Shown: positions 14,316 to 27,460 of the stretch, in pieces | How the letters are laid out: each line of letters starts with the position of its first letter | Position numbering within the stretch: the first letter of the stretch is position 1 | Assembly: GCA_964247055.1 (NCBI GenBank) | Contig: OZ176052.1 | Location: forward strand, 2,108,001-2,172,000 | Direction of reading: 5' to 3' | DNA from: Paragordius varius | Lineage: Eukaryota; Animalia; Nematomorpha | Length of the DNA: 64,000 nucleotides | The notes under the pieces: model-generated | What the model saw: the letters and a program-made list of their open reading frames with translations, nothing else | Told to the model about the DNA's origin: nothing | Databases searched by the model: none | Program-made: the position numbers and the translations under genes

Positions 14316-15194
14316 TATTTTTCTCCAGCATCATATGTATAAATATTTTCAATCTTTACTGCAAAAAGTGTAGCTCTTATATTCAAAGATATCAAAATGA
14401 GATTTCGGAAGAATATAGATTATATAATGAATAATATGAAAAATCAATCGGTATATTGATAAAGATCTTACTTATATTTTCTTTGAGTGTTTTGCGACTT
14501 TATTTCACAGTTTTTTCTTTGTTTTCTGATGAAATTTCGTTGAATAATAAAGCAAACCTAGCAATTATAGCATTACTGGTAAGAGATATAAAATATTATT
14601 CAATTTTTTAACTGTTTCTAGTGTTAGCTCAGAAACTCATAGTTAATATCATTATAGTTTTTTTTTATTTTTGGTGCTAAGCTTATTAATATTTTTGCGC
14701 TTGTATCTATCACATGTCACAAAAAGCGGTGAGGGATTTTGCGATTCTCAGTAACTTAATAGAATTATATTCGTATAATTTTATCATAATCTTCTTTGTA
14801 GCACTTTTTTTGCTAAATGCAATTATATACTATTGCGAACGAATAAGTGTTGAGTAGATAAGTATTAGATATGTATGTATGTATGTTTCGTTTCTAAAAA
14901 AGTTAAATGTTGTATCAAAGATAATTTTCGTTGATCAAATTTTGCAGATAGAAAAATCCTTGAAGTGACAATGAGAGAGCGCTAACGATATCATATCATA
15001 TCTTTCTTTTTCTTTGATAATACATGGCAATATTCGCTTTCAAACAGTTAATACTGGTAGTAGAAAAAAAGATAACAATATCCTGAAGAATAATGATAAA
15101 TTCTCAAAAAATTTTCTCTAAATATATCTTAATTTGCTGCTTAGAATTTAGTTTGTTAACATAACGAATGTTGAATGAAAAAAAGTTTAATATA

Positions 15195-16349
15195 CAGTAA
15201 ATGTTAATTTTTAATATCAAGAATTTTTTTTTTAATCCATGTGGCATTTTTTTATCCTTTTAAAAGTTGTTTTACAAGCATATAAAAAATAACACTTACA
15301 TATATATTTAAATGTACTTACATGTCCCTTTTCGGTACACATATATGAGAGATATATTAACATTGCAATATGTTCCCCTTCTCCTACATTTCTTATTTGA
15401 GAAATGGTAACATTGCATATGTGTTTTGCCTACTTTGATAAATATTTAGGTTTGATATAACATTTTTTATAAAATTAGGTATTAATCAGTATATGTGTTG
15501 TGCATACTTTGATATTTAATTTATAAGTTTATATATTTTTTTTATAAAAAATATAAAGTTTTTATTATTTTGTCAAAAAGAAATTTAGATAAATGTATAG
15601 TTTTTGTGAAGAAGATAGTATAAATGAAAGTTTGCCATCAACATTAGATTCAAATTATGGGGACACATTAATAACCCAGACTCCAGAGATCAAAAAAAGT
15701 CAGGAAAGATGCCATTTCAATGTGGAAGAATTGATTGAAAACTTAACTCAAATTCTTGAAAATATTCAGCACATTCATTTTCTTAAGTATTATGAGCACA
15801 CCAAAAAAATTGTCAAAAAAATTTGCTTAAATAAATTACCACTTGTAAAATAATTAATTATAAATGGTATTATTTTACCATTTTTCGTGACATTTCTCAT
15901 AATTTTAGGTGATATAGTGTTTTTAAAAAAAGTCAGCAAAATCAAATCAATATTTAAATTTGTATAATACAAGTTTTATTACGCACATAAGCGATTTATA
16001 TGTTAATTAATATATTTTTTATAGTCTTTTCTGAAATATTTTTTAATTAATTATTAAAAACTTAATTTTTTATAAAAAAAATTATATATAAAACCTAAAA
16101 AATTATTTAATGAAGTAGGCACAACACATATGCAATGTTACCATTTCTCAAATAAGAAATGTAGCGAGAAGAGGAACATATTGCATATAGATATCTCATA
16201 TATGTGTACCGAAAAGGGACATGTAAGTACATTTAAATATATATGTAAGTGTTATTTTTTATATGCTTGTACAACAACTTTTAAAAGGATAAAAAAATGC
16301 CACATGGATTAAAAAAAAAATTCTTGATATTAAAAATTAACATTTACTG
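15195..16349. mobile_element. Long-TIR non-autonomous DNA transposon (CAGT termini, TA TSD) with an internal 86-aa ORF
   Basis: About 15195-15440 is the near-exact reverse complement of about 16110-16349 (cagtaaatgttaatttttaatatcaag... / ...cttgatattaaaaattaacatttactg). ORF 15593-15853 lies between the arms. Confidence 0.8.
15593..15853 (+). CDS. Cargo ORF or exon-like fragment inside the long-TIR element; function unknown
   Basis: ORF MYSFCEEDSINESLPSTLDS...KLPLVK*, preceded by an acceptor-like aaatttag. No recognised motif. Confidence 0.3.
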   Translation: MYSFCEEDSINESLPSTLDSNYGDTLITQTPEIKKSQERCHFNVEELIENLTQILENIQHIHFLKYYEHTKKIVKKICLNKLPLVK

Positions 16350-16607
16350 TAAATGTGTTTTCGCATGGGAGGCACAAAAACCCTAGACTTAGAAATTAAA
16401 CAGTACTATATTTTAGTAAACTTTAGTAAAATAAAAATGTGTTGTGCAGACATAAAATTTCTAATGGAGTTAGTCTCCTATTATCATTTGTAAATAGATT
16501 GTAGAATATTTTAATATGCAGGAAGGTTATTGTCTACACATATGGAAAAAATGTTACTTATAAAAATATCTAATATAAAACATTTTCTGTGAGTCCAATC
16601 ATATTTA

Positions 16608-16745
16608 CAGTAGCGTATGCCATAAAACAATATTAGTCCATAAAAGAATAAAAAAATGTTTTAAAAAGTTTATATCCAACTAAACTTTACAAAATCATTT
16701 TTTATTCTTTTATGGACTAATATTGTTTTATGCCATACGCTACTG
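16608..16745. mobile_element. MITE family A copy
   Basis: TA|cagtagcgtatgccataaaac...gttttatgccatacgctactg|TA; closely similar to 14174-14315. Confidence 0.85.
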
Positions 16746-17234
16746 TATATGTACGTAGTCTTAGGAACCATACATATCGTAAATACTACCCCCGCATATA
16801 CTCTGTAAAACCAACTGGTTTCAGAGGATTTTTATTTTAGTAGAATTTTTATCATTCGTAATATTAAACTCTTAATTTAAACAATATGGATGTTCCATCT
16901 TTAAAGAACCCTAAAGTTTCAAAAGTACACAAGTTTAGAAAAAAATTAGAAGCGGTATCATTAAATTGGTTTACTAACAAAAATTGTATTTAGAGTTTAC
17001 ACCGAGTTGAATTTGTACTTATGCACTAAGTATATATATATATAATATTTTTACCAATTATTTTTTCACTTTCATACCTCACATCGTACAAGAAGTTTTG
17101 TGTGTTTATACAGTAGAGAAGTAAAAAATAAAATGTGGTTTTGAACAACAAAACTCTGAACTAAACTAGCAGTTCTCTATCATCTAACCAGACAGCATGC
17201 AGAGGAGTAGTATTGTTATTGTGTTGTGTACATA

Positions 17235-17408
17235 CAGTGGCGTATGGAGTAAAAGATTGTTAGTGCAAAATAGAAAAAAAAATGTTTTTTTTAAAAAAAA
17301 ACAAGGGGACATTATACATATGTGTATTTACAACTAGGATTGTTTTTTTAAAAAAAACATTTTTTTATTCTATTTTGCACTAACAATCTTTTACTCCATA
17401 CGCCACTG
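17235..17408. mobile_element. MITE family A-related copy with perfect 41-bp TIRs
   Basis: TA|cagtggcgtatggagtaaaagattgttagtgcaaaatagaa...ttctattttgcactaacaatcttttactccatacgccactg|TA. Confidence 0.85.
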
Positions 17409-18387
17409 TATACTTATAAAAATTTTATATTTTGTTTGTATGCTAAAAATATTTTTGAACCCTGGGAAACATCTATATATTAGTAACCCCAAATTTATTT
17501 TAACGCTTAGTAGATAATAATTCTATACTTATAATTTTTAAAAATTATAAAAATATTCCCAAAATTTGGTATATTTGTTAAATAATTCTATCATTACATA
17601 TGAGGTTAATGAAAACTAAACATTTTGCTGCTTAATTACCAAGTTCTGATCTTTAAACAATCATTCCTCCAGTAATTAGTATACTTCTAAAAGTTATGTT
17701 TAGTTTACATTAATAAGGCTAGGAATCTAGATTAACTTGTAGTATGTTAAATGGAACACTTAAGATTGCAACAGAAACATAGGAAATAAAAATAATGAGG
17801 TTTTAGTTTTAATTACCGAAAATCTCAATCCAGACTTTTTAAACAAATATCGATTACAGCAGAATTGTGTAAGTTAAATATACTAAAAATTAGCTACTAC
17901 AATCACTCTATATGAAATATAATTTATTAAAATAGGTGTAAATGCAAACAGAGTAAAAAGTTTCAAACAGGTTAAGTTTTAATTTTTAATAGGCTAAAAA
18001 AATGAATATGCGTTTTAAATTCCATTTTGGTTTAGAATAGATTGATTACTAAAAATTCTAATCAAATAAATAATTCTTATAGCGATAGTTACCATTATAT
18101 TGACAAAATATGTGAGCGAGCATTAATATCTTAGTAGAACCAATTATAAATAAACAATCAGATTAAGTCCGCTTCAGATGTTTTTTTATTTTAAAGACGG
18201 CTAAATAATATTAATTAAAATCATGGGAATAAATATTTTTAATAGCAAAATTACACTTCGTAACCTTAAAATTTTTATATGTATTATACATTTTGGGGTG
18301 TTTTTTATGCTAGAGGCTTTAATATTTTAAGAACATATATTACAAAAAAGTATTTTGGCTAGAAAATAATTATTAAATTAAAATTAA

Positions 18388-18658
18388 AACCAACAAATGG
18401 CTTTGCTCGCATTTTTGATTCAAAAACCGGCTGCAAATATATATGAGCATCCATAATTTTATCAGTCAAACATAAGACTGTAAAATTTAAAACACAATAC
18501 AACAGTTTCTCCTGGTAATATGTTTCCAATTTTGCAGACTTATTCAGATTGTTTAAAAAATATTAATTTTCCATGAGTATATTCTTGCAAATTATGGATT
18601 TTCAAAGTTTTCAGAGCCGCATACAATATTTCGAAGGGCCGCATGTTGAACACTCCTG
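18388..18658. mobile_element. hAT-type MITE remnant
   Basis: The right end gggccgcatgttgaacactcctg resembles the caggggtgtcc/cccctg family termini at 30286 and 62841. The left end is degenerate. Confidence 0.45.
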
Positions 18659-18758
18659 GCGTAAACACTTATAGAGTTTTGTAACTTAGAAAGTCAAACA
18701 AGAAACAACGAAAATTATAATACCGATAATTTGCTATCAAAAGCAAAAATTGGTTAAA

Positions 18759-18764
<6 letters not shown>

Positions 18765-18792
<28 letters not shown>
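18765..18792. repeat. (TA)n microsatellite
   Basis: Read directly. Similar tracts at about 57846-57872 and 60234-60262. Confidence 0.85.
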
Positions 18793-18795
<3 letters not shown>

Positions 18796-18940
18796 AATTA
18801 CAGTCATGTATATCATGATATTGTTTATAAATGTTTTTGGTCTCTTTAGATTGTTTTACGTAAACATGGCGTATGCTAAATTAAGATATTTTAAGGCTTA
18901 ATTCACATGTTAAAAAGTTGACTCAACAATATATAAATAA

Positions 18941-21780
18941 TTATAACAATGAAAGGGGTGCGAAAAACATGTATACAATCCCGACTTTAGTAATATAATA
19001 AGACCAGAAACAAATTTTGGTTGGAAAAGTTTGAGATGATGATTTATAAATTTTCATTTTAAACTTTTTTTGGATAATAAGTGCATTAAGGTATATTTGA
19101 ATTCGAAGATCACTGATATCTTTTAAGAATTTTTTGTTTGTTAATTCTTCTGAGCATAAAACTACCCAATAAAGATCAGTACACATGTTTTAAATTGATA
19201 ACACTCGCCTCTACATTTATATCAATTTTTTCCATAAATACGTCTCCATAAAAAATAAGTCATTAAGGAATAATTTACTATGATATCCAAACAAAAATAA
19301 AATTAGAGTCCGCTTTTGTAATCGGAGTAATTAAATAATATTGAAACTAAAATAGCCCATAAACCAGTTATATAGTTAATTTCTTTCAATTGAGCTAAGA
19401 TTGTTTTATGTTGAAAATTTAAATCTAATTTAAACAATATAAAAAAATAACCAGTTCAATAATATTTTTTGAAAATGAATATAATAAACCGTTTATATTT
19501 CCGGAGTTAAATTAAACTGTTTTTGATTGGACAAGACGCCATTTTTATGTTTCAATGTAAGCAAGTTTTTATTGTAAAATTGTGAATCATTTTGCTAAAG
19601 TTATTTATTGACTTAAATCAAAAGAGAATGGGTTATCATATTAATTAATTGGTGGTCACAAATCTATTCACCATTAACATACGAAAAATTAATTTTAACT
19701 TAAAATGGGTCTTTAATAAAACCACTCCATATTTTAGAAACTTTAGAGACAATTCAAAACTTTTTTTAATAATCTTAATTTCATTATTTTTTTCAAGTTA
19801 ATATAATTAAATATTAAATATCTTGGTTACCTGATAATAGTTGGGAATAGTTGAATTTAACTACACTGTTTTGTTGTTGAGATAATGGAATATTAAAATT
19901 ATAAATAGATAAAAAGAGTTGGCTTTTAATATAATAATGCCTGTCGTGATTTGGTGAGTATTTTTACAGAAAACACCTAATTAAACAAAAATTGGAATAA
20001 AAATCATAGATATAATAAATCAATACAACATACTGCTAATGACAAGTTCCACAATTATAATATATATAGAAAGAAGCTAAGTTATAAAATTTTAAGATGC
20101 ATTCAATAATCCAATTTACCTTTTATTACCGATTGGGTCCAAAGAAAAAATTTATCCTTTGAAATATAGGTTGTTAATGATATATTATTACAAATATTTT
20201 ATTAGTACCACATTTAATCATAATTTAATTTTATTTTTTAAAAAAAAATTACCTGTTGATCCAAGGGCTGGAGTTTTAATTGTATAAGAAAGACATCATT
20301 TTATTGTTGCGAGTTTATCGATTCAGATATTGATAGTTTAAAATTTTAATTTTTTACGAAACTTTAAATATGCGATATAATGTTAGTAGAGATAATTTAA
20401 AAAAATAAAATTTAGAAACATAGCTAGCTATTCAATAAAATTATTTCATTCAGGTTGAAAGTTATTTACCAATCATTTAACATCCAATCGTATAATACCC
20501 TAAAAACTAAACCTATTGCCATACAATACACATATTGATTATGATGAGATAAGTTAAGAAAAATAACCAGGAGAGTTGTTATTGTTTTCAAACATTTTGA
20601 ATATTTGTTTTTACACAATTTTATTTTGTTGCTTGTATTTAAAGGCGAACGTTTCAGAGATATTATGTTTAGCATATAATATTTATGTATGGATGTAATT
20701 ATTTAATACTAATATCAGCCTATGGGTCAGTTGTTAGGTGTATAATAAAAATAATTTTAAGGTTCAGTTGTAGGTTAAACAAAAAATAAAAGGGTTAAAA
20801 AGCTGACACCAGATTTATTATAAAAATAATTTAAAAATTTATAAATCATATTAAATTTTTTAACCCTTTAGGTTATTTTTTTGCAAACATAAGAGGTATT
20901 TATAAAAATTCTACTTAAACCCTTATTTAATTTTATGAATAAAGAAGATTTATTTAAAGATATTTTTAAACCAATCACCATCTATGTTCATACCACATTA
21001 GGTATTTTCAAAATGTCAAAAATCGAAAATATACTTATCACAAAAAAATGTTCGCATATCAGTTGTACAAATATAAAAGCCCTCTAAAGAAAGAATTTAA
21101 TTATATATGGTAAAAATATTGGAAGGAACAAAATAGAACATGCTATATCTATCTAGCTATTTGGCATTTTTATGATTTTGGGTGACTTATCGAGGATAGA
21201 TATCTTAAAATAGCAATAAAACACCTGCAAAAGGCGAAAAATAAATCGATAAGATAAAATTATTGAAATACTTACCTATATATCCCTACCTAATGAACAG
21301 AAAAAAACTTTGGCATATACATTTTTATCCCTCATCGATTAAAATAATATAAAAATATATTAATTATGTTAGTAAATGATATAGATTTTAAGAGAGGTAA
21401 TCGTACTATCTCAATTAATGATGCTAAAAATATATCCTAGAAAAATAAAAATTTACCTGAGAAAGTAGTCAGAAGAATGTTTTACAGTTGGTTTGTATGT
21501 TTCACTTTAATATAAAAATGGAAAAAAGCGACTTGTTATCAGTCAGGTAATAGAACTAGATCAAGGTTTTTGAATTTAATTTTAATTTGTTAAGAGGATA
21601 TTTATTTAAAGGCATGACACATAATGTAGCTCACCATAAGTTTGAAGGTTTAGAGTTAACAACTAACCTAATAAATACATTTTTATAAAATTAACATCAA
21701 AGTTTGTATCAAGGCAATAATGTCGTCTTCATTTATTTTCGTCTGCTTCTTAACCGTCTGCTGTAAAAATGTTATTATTC
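18941..21780 (-). other. Possible decayed or highly divergent multi-exon transcription unit
   Basis: Several acceptor/donor-bounded open segments (e.g. 19835-19976 VFCKNTHQITTGIIILKANSF..., QTVKKQTKINEDDIIALIQTL near 21700-21760) and ORFs 18941-19186 and 20466-20675. I could not chain them into one stop-free ORF. Confidence 0.2.
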
Positions 21781-22499
21781 AATAAAAAACTTGATTTTAG
21801 AACTTACTAAATATTTCCTAAAACACCTAAATAAATTTAGACGTCATGTTGGTAGATTTTAATGATTTACTTTATCAATTGTGTAAATATATCAAAATAT
21901 TTGTGGAAATAATATTATTTCAGTTTTGCATTGGCTAAATGAAAAATGTGCATTTTTCACTAGGTCAAATAAAATTTATAAAATTAATTAAAGCGTGTCT
22001 ATGTTATTAATTCAAAGTGTTAACACAAAATAATGATTGTATCTTGGAATGGTGCTGAAAGAACCAATAATTAGATGTAACACTTTGATGATAAATTCAA
22101 ACATAAATAGGATTAGGAGTTTAAAATTTACCAGCTTTCGAAATTCGAATAGGGAACGTTTCACATCTCAACTGATTTTAAGAAGTGATGTGTTTTAATT
22201 TCCGACATAGAAAGTTTTTATGAATTAAAATGACTAAATCTTCGCAAATCAATAGATAATAAGGCTTGTAATTCAATAAACTTTGTTATAATAAAGCGTG
22301 TAAAAACTAAATATTATAAACTAAAAATTAGTTTATGGGGTAAAATGCATATAATTTATATGTTGTTTTGTTTATATTACGTTTTTATACTAGCAACTTA
22401 ACTTTTGTAACATGTGATTACACCTGAAATAAAGAAATAGTATAAGAAGTGTACTCTACCGTTTTTTGGTATATATAACACGTAATTTTAAAGAGAAGC

Positions 22500-23435
22500 A
22501 ACTATTTATTTATCCTAAATCGTGTTTATCAAATTCTACATATTTCGCCCATCTTTCAAATATATAAAGGCCAGGCCAGAAAAATTGATCTTTTACGCTA
22601 ACCATTCGTTAACATTTTCTAACATCTCTTAAATTATTGAAATACTGTTCTATCAGCTTATGTATCAAAAAGTAATAATCAGATGGCGCCACGTCAGGAG
22701 AGGACAGCTGATGCAAAAAATTTCCTATTGAAGAAAGGCCTTTCACTGATTTGAATGTGTAAAGCATTTTCATGTGGAAAAATCACTTTGCCATGTCTTC
22801 CGGCCCATTCTGGTGTTTTCGATTAATGCATGGTTTATTAACTTGTTGGCAAGCGTTGTGCATTAATGGTTCGTCCGGCCTTAAAATTATAGTACACAAT
22901 ACCGTTCTAATCCGATCAGACACATAGCACGGTTTGACGAAGCGATTTGGCCTTGATGTTGATGGCCCCGCATGGGAAGGTTTAAGCCACAAATTCGTGG
23001 TTTTTTACAAAAAAAACTCACTTTTAAATGCCTGTCACAATTCTATGCAAAAATGATCTTCTTTCGTGACTTTAAAGCAAGATTTCTCAATTACTTTTCT
23101 ATTTAACGTATATTTTAATTAAACCCCTTTAACGAATATATTGCTCTTTCCTTTTGCTCGTAGACGTCTACCGATCGTTTTTTGTAATACATGTTTTGCT
23201 GCTGCCGATCATCCATTAAATATTGCACCTTATCGTCTTCGCGGTTGTGTACTTTAACAGAGCGCCCACTCTTCACATTGAAATGACAACATAAATGTTT
23301 AAAACCATTAATATGTTTTATTTGTATTCACCATGGGTTTCTACAGACGATGATTTCGAGCCATTTTCTTTTGATGGAACAAGAAAAGGAAGGCGGGCCG
23401 CGAATGTTCTTTTCGGGCACAAAATTCAAAATAAT
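22500..23435 (-). mobile_element. Degenerate mariner (Tc1/mariner, Mos1/mauritiana-like) transposase pseudogene
   Basis: Frameshifted fragments NFVPEK, FLFLFHQKK, LHRIVTG, WLKPSHAGPSTSRPNRF, TVLCVWSD.NGIVYY, PEWAGRHGKVI.PHENA, SPDVAPSDYY and ERWAKYV, in transposase order. Many stops. TIRs not found. Confidence 0.85.
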
Positions 23436-24626
23436 CAAATGATACATATATCGCTAGTTTTTTGGGGAACCAACTTGTGTTTGTGGTTAAATCTCAAATG
23501 AACAAAATGGCGATTGTGTTAAATTAATCGGCTGCGTACTTTTGGCAGACGCATCTCTTTGTTATATCGGTAAGGGCTTATTACACCCGGTAACGCTTTT
23601 TTAATCAAATAACATTTCATAAATTAGTTTTTTTTAATATAAAACCTGACCTTAACTATAAGTATAACTGAATCTTTTGCTATATATTTACTCATCACAG
23701 TTTATGGAAAGAAAACTTGACTCGGCTATTTGATTTAGGAAGTTTTGTTTTAGGATTCTTTTATTTAAATAAAGTAATAAGGAATTTGTAAATACAGTTA
23801 ATCTAAACACACATTTTACCATACCATGGATTTAAAAATAACATCTTTAAAAAATCAGTATAATGCATTTATAAAAAATAAAAAAATTTTTTTTTATCAC
23901 ATCTAATTTATCATTTATTAATCACATGATAACCATAATTTAAGAAAGAAAAAAACTTATTTCTGAATCTATTATTTGTTAAGATAACGATCATTTTGAT
24001 TACAATGTTTTTTGAAGGAAAAAGTATTTCAATAAGCAGAAATTCTGGTAGTTTCTGAATTTTTTCCTAGTTTAGCTAAAATTGCTATTTTTATGGCAAA
24101 AAAAGAGAGGGTGAGAAATTCGTAGAATAGATCGATAATTATTATTAAAGAATGCGTTAATATAAAAATTATTCTGACAGATGGTTTGTTACAATGTGAT
24201 TATTAAAAATATTTTTCGATAAGATTGTGTTCCTCATGGAAATCAAATCATAAAGTTTTCAACATCAAATGCGTTTCTTCAGTTGTTTTTTTCAAAAAAT
24301 CAGAATTTAAAAAAGAATAAAATTTTAGTAATTAATGTTGGAAAAAAAGTAATGCTTATACACTAGTACTAATGAACAAGTAAAAGATATACTCGTCAAA
24401 ACTACGTTTAGGCAATGAATTTAATAAATAAAGTTTCAGAATCTGATAGTGCGATGAGATGTCATTTTGTAGTATTATATTTATATAATGCACTCATAAT
24501 AATAACGATTAATTTCTAAAGTTATGTACGTTAAAACTTTATTCGTATTTTTATTAATAGCAAGCAATTAAATAGACGAGATAATCCTCAGTATTTCTAA
24601 ATATTCAATGTAAATATATTAATATA

Positions 24627-25210
24627 CTAGCGTAAATCTCGTGCTGCTACGCAGCCCGAGGAAGTCCTTCGGACTTCTGGGGGGGGGGGGGGGGGGGGAG
24701 GGGGAGATATTTGAAAAAAGGGACAATAAATGATCCACATGAATTATTTCGAAACATTATTTAATAGCTATGATCTCAGAGGAATTTCAAAACGGTGCAT
24801 TCATGCTATTATATTGTTTACTTGGGCGAAAAATAGATTCAAAAAATTATTTTTGTGGACCTTGTTTTTTGAAAAAATGGCATTATACGGGGGGAGCGGG
24901 TAAAAAGAGCGCCTAAATTAAAAAAGCGAGACGACTATGTTCGGCGCAATCGAAAATAACTAATTGAAATTGAATGGTCCAACACGTTCTCCGGAAAATT
25001 GTCTCAAAGACACAATTTTTGTGGACTTCTGTTTTCAAAAAAAACCATTTTTCACACCGGGTGGGTCCGAACTGGGGGCCTATTTTAAAAAAGGCGAAGC
25101 TATTGTCGGGGCATTTATTAATGATTATATTTTTGTGATATTTAGATTTGAATGGGTTTACCGGTTTTCCGGAACAGATCACAAAGCCAGCATTTTCCAT
25201 TTTTATAAAT
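24627..25210 (-). mobile_element. Helitron-like non-autonomous element; 3' end defined, 5' boundary uncertain
   Basis: The minus strand ends ...gctgc-gta-gcagc-acgagatttacg-CTAG|T, a hairpin shortly upstream of CTAG followed by T. A second hairpin (gaagtcc-ttc-ggacttc) and a G20 run lie just inside. Confidence 0.5.
24679..24706 (+). repeat. Poly-G run (G20-A-G5-A-G), G-quadruplex-competent
   Basis: Read directly from the sequence. Confidence 0.9.
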
Positions 25211-26306
25211 ATATAAATAATCTATTTTGCAATAAAATTTTAATTAATTTCATATCATAATATATTTGATAATAGAGGATTGATAAAAAATATACCTAAT
25301 TTGATTTATAAAGACGACTTTGTTCGGTAATAATTCAAGAAGAATTTTTTAATAACCTTTATGGTGTGAATATTACCTTTCTGCATGTTTTTTTAGTAAA
25401 ATATACCATTTTAATTTTTATAATGTTTTAAAGTAATCTGAACAGAGTTCGTCTTTAGATTCTGCATTTTTAAAATTTATTTTTTAACCGATGTATTATT
25501 TTATAAAAGGGTCCTCTATACAGCATTTTATAGGGAATAGTTGTAAAAATATATGGTTAGTAGGAAACTAGAGTTACGCAGTGAAAAGAAATAATATGTG
25601 CTAGAGTTTTTGCACAACTTTTTAGGGGTTAACAATGATTAGATATGGGGCACCGATACGTAGCAACCATGACTGATTGCGTCAGAAATTTAATTTTAAC
25701 CCTAAAGTGTGCGTTTTTTCAAAAATAATTTGTGATGTATTAATAAAGTTTATATGAAACTTCTAATTTAATTTTTTTGTGCTATTTTTATAAACCAGAC
25801 GCCCATTTAAGCGGGTCAGAGATTTTGAGCTCGTATAAAAGTTTAAAATAGTTGATTATTATAAAAATTATTTTATGTATTAGTTTTTACCAAGAATTTT
25901 CTATATTATGTGTGCGATTTTTGAATTCGTTGAATTTACGACAATTATTGCTGTAGTTTTTTTAAATTATATTGAGCTTCAAAACCAAAAAACTCGTGAG
26001 AATTTTATCATTGGACACTTGTGACATCCGTATCAGTAAATTGAATTGGGACATGTATTGAAAAAAATATTACCGTCCTATTTATTTACTATCGAACTTC
26101 ACAAATTGTTTGGGCATTCCAAACTAATGATTGAATAGCTTTTTTGTCTAATATTTGACAAATAAGATGAGATATGCTGAGGAAATCGGGTTTTAAAACA
26201 AGTATTATCCTAAGAATCCCGATAAAAATATTTACAATTTACGCTTACTATTGATTGAGGGCCTTAGTTAAAAATTTGAAAAAATGGTATTTTTGTTCCT
26301 TTTTAA

Positions 26307-26520
26307 GGGGCCTATGATAAAATAACCCCACTTTAAATAATATAAGAAATGTCATCGAATTCAAACGGTTAAATACATTTCAGAAAATATTTTAGAACAG
26401 GTATACGGCGTGTGATGGTAGAGTAGGTCTGCCATTAAACTTGCACAGTATGGCAGATTTTAATAGCCGAATTCGCATAATTTATCTGCCCTAACGAGAG
26501 TCAATGTTTTCTTGGGCCCT
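26307..26520. mobile_element. TTAA-flanked MITE (Kolobok/piggyBac-like)
   Basis: TTAA|ggggcctatg...cttgggccct|TTAA, with an internal hairpin tctgccat...atggcaga. Confidence 0.5.
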
Positions 26521-27460
26521 TTAAATAATATAGAATCATTTTTTATAAACCCAAAATTAAAATAATTTAACACCGAAAATTTAACCGTGTCAGAAACACT
26601 TCGATTCCTTTATTAATATATATTTTATGCGCCCTAGTATTTTAGAATTAAAGCCGCTATTAAATTAATTCTGTTATATTAACATGTGATAGATAATTAC
26701 TGAAAAAAAGTCTCACACCATCATGAATATACATTTCAGGCCAAGGTTCTACAAAAATTTGTGGTTTTAGCTAGTCAGCCCTGTTTTGGGTAAATATTAA
26801 TTCAGTCTCTTTAAATTGGTAAATTTTTACATATGAAAAAAATTAGTTTATTGTTATTTATATTTTTGCATCCAAAAGTAATAATATATTTTTGGAGTTA
26901 TATCCGTCATTATTTATTTGTTTAATATGCGTAATATATGATAGATGGTATGATTGATATAAAGGATACAGTTAAAATTTATCAAACAACGATAAATATT
27001 TAGTTAAAAGATTAGTCATGGTAATCGGAAAAAGCAATACCTGAGTAAATATCATATCCTGTATCAGCAAGTTTATTTACTACAGAGTTTATCTATCCCT
27101 AACTATGTGCGTGTAAAAAAATATATAGGGTTTACCCAAATTCAAACGTTGTTAACTATTTTACTAATACCTACCTATACTACTATTTGTGAGTCTCAGC
27201 AATATACTAATCAGTCAAATATCAAACACAACCAATAAACAACACGAGAAAAGAAGGACAATTTGAAATAAACTATCGTGTCTTTATCTATCCCTCCCTG
27301 ATGATTTAAAAATACAATTTATTTGCACAAGTAGTCCTTACTCATGCTTTAATCAAATATTTTTTGGTCTTATCTAATACGGACTGTCTTTACACACTAT
27401 AAATACCACTGAAATAATATCGTTTGTTCAGTATATTCACAATTTCGGTTTAATTGTGGA

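Noticed and set aside
20270-20340. TGA read-through or an alternative genetic code
   Set aside because: Two in-frame TGAs occur in one fragment, but neighbouring fragments are broken by TAA and TAG as well, and the modelled ERAL1 and SLC38A10-like genes end in TGA.
24913-25260. Overlapping 95-aa and 98-aa ORFs
   Set aside because: They lie within a repeat-like element, have no motifs, and are open on both strands by chance.
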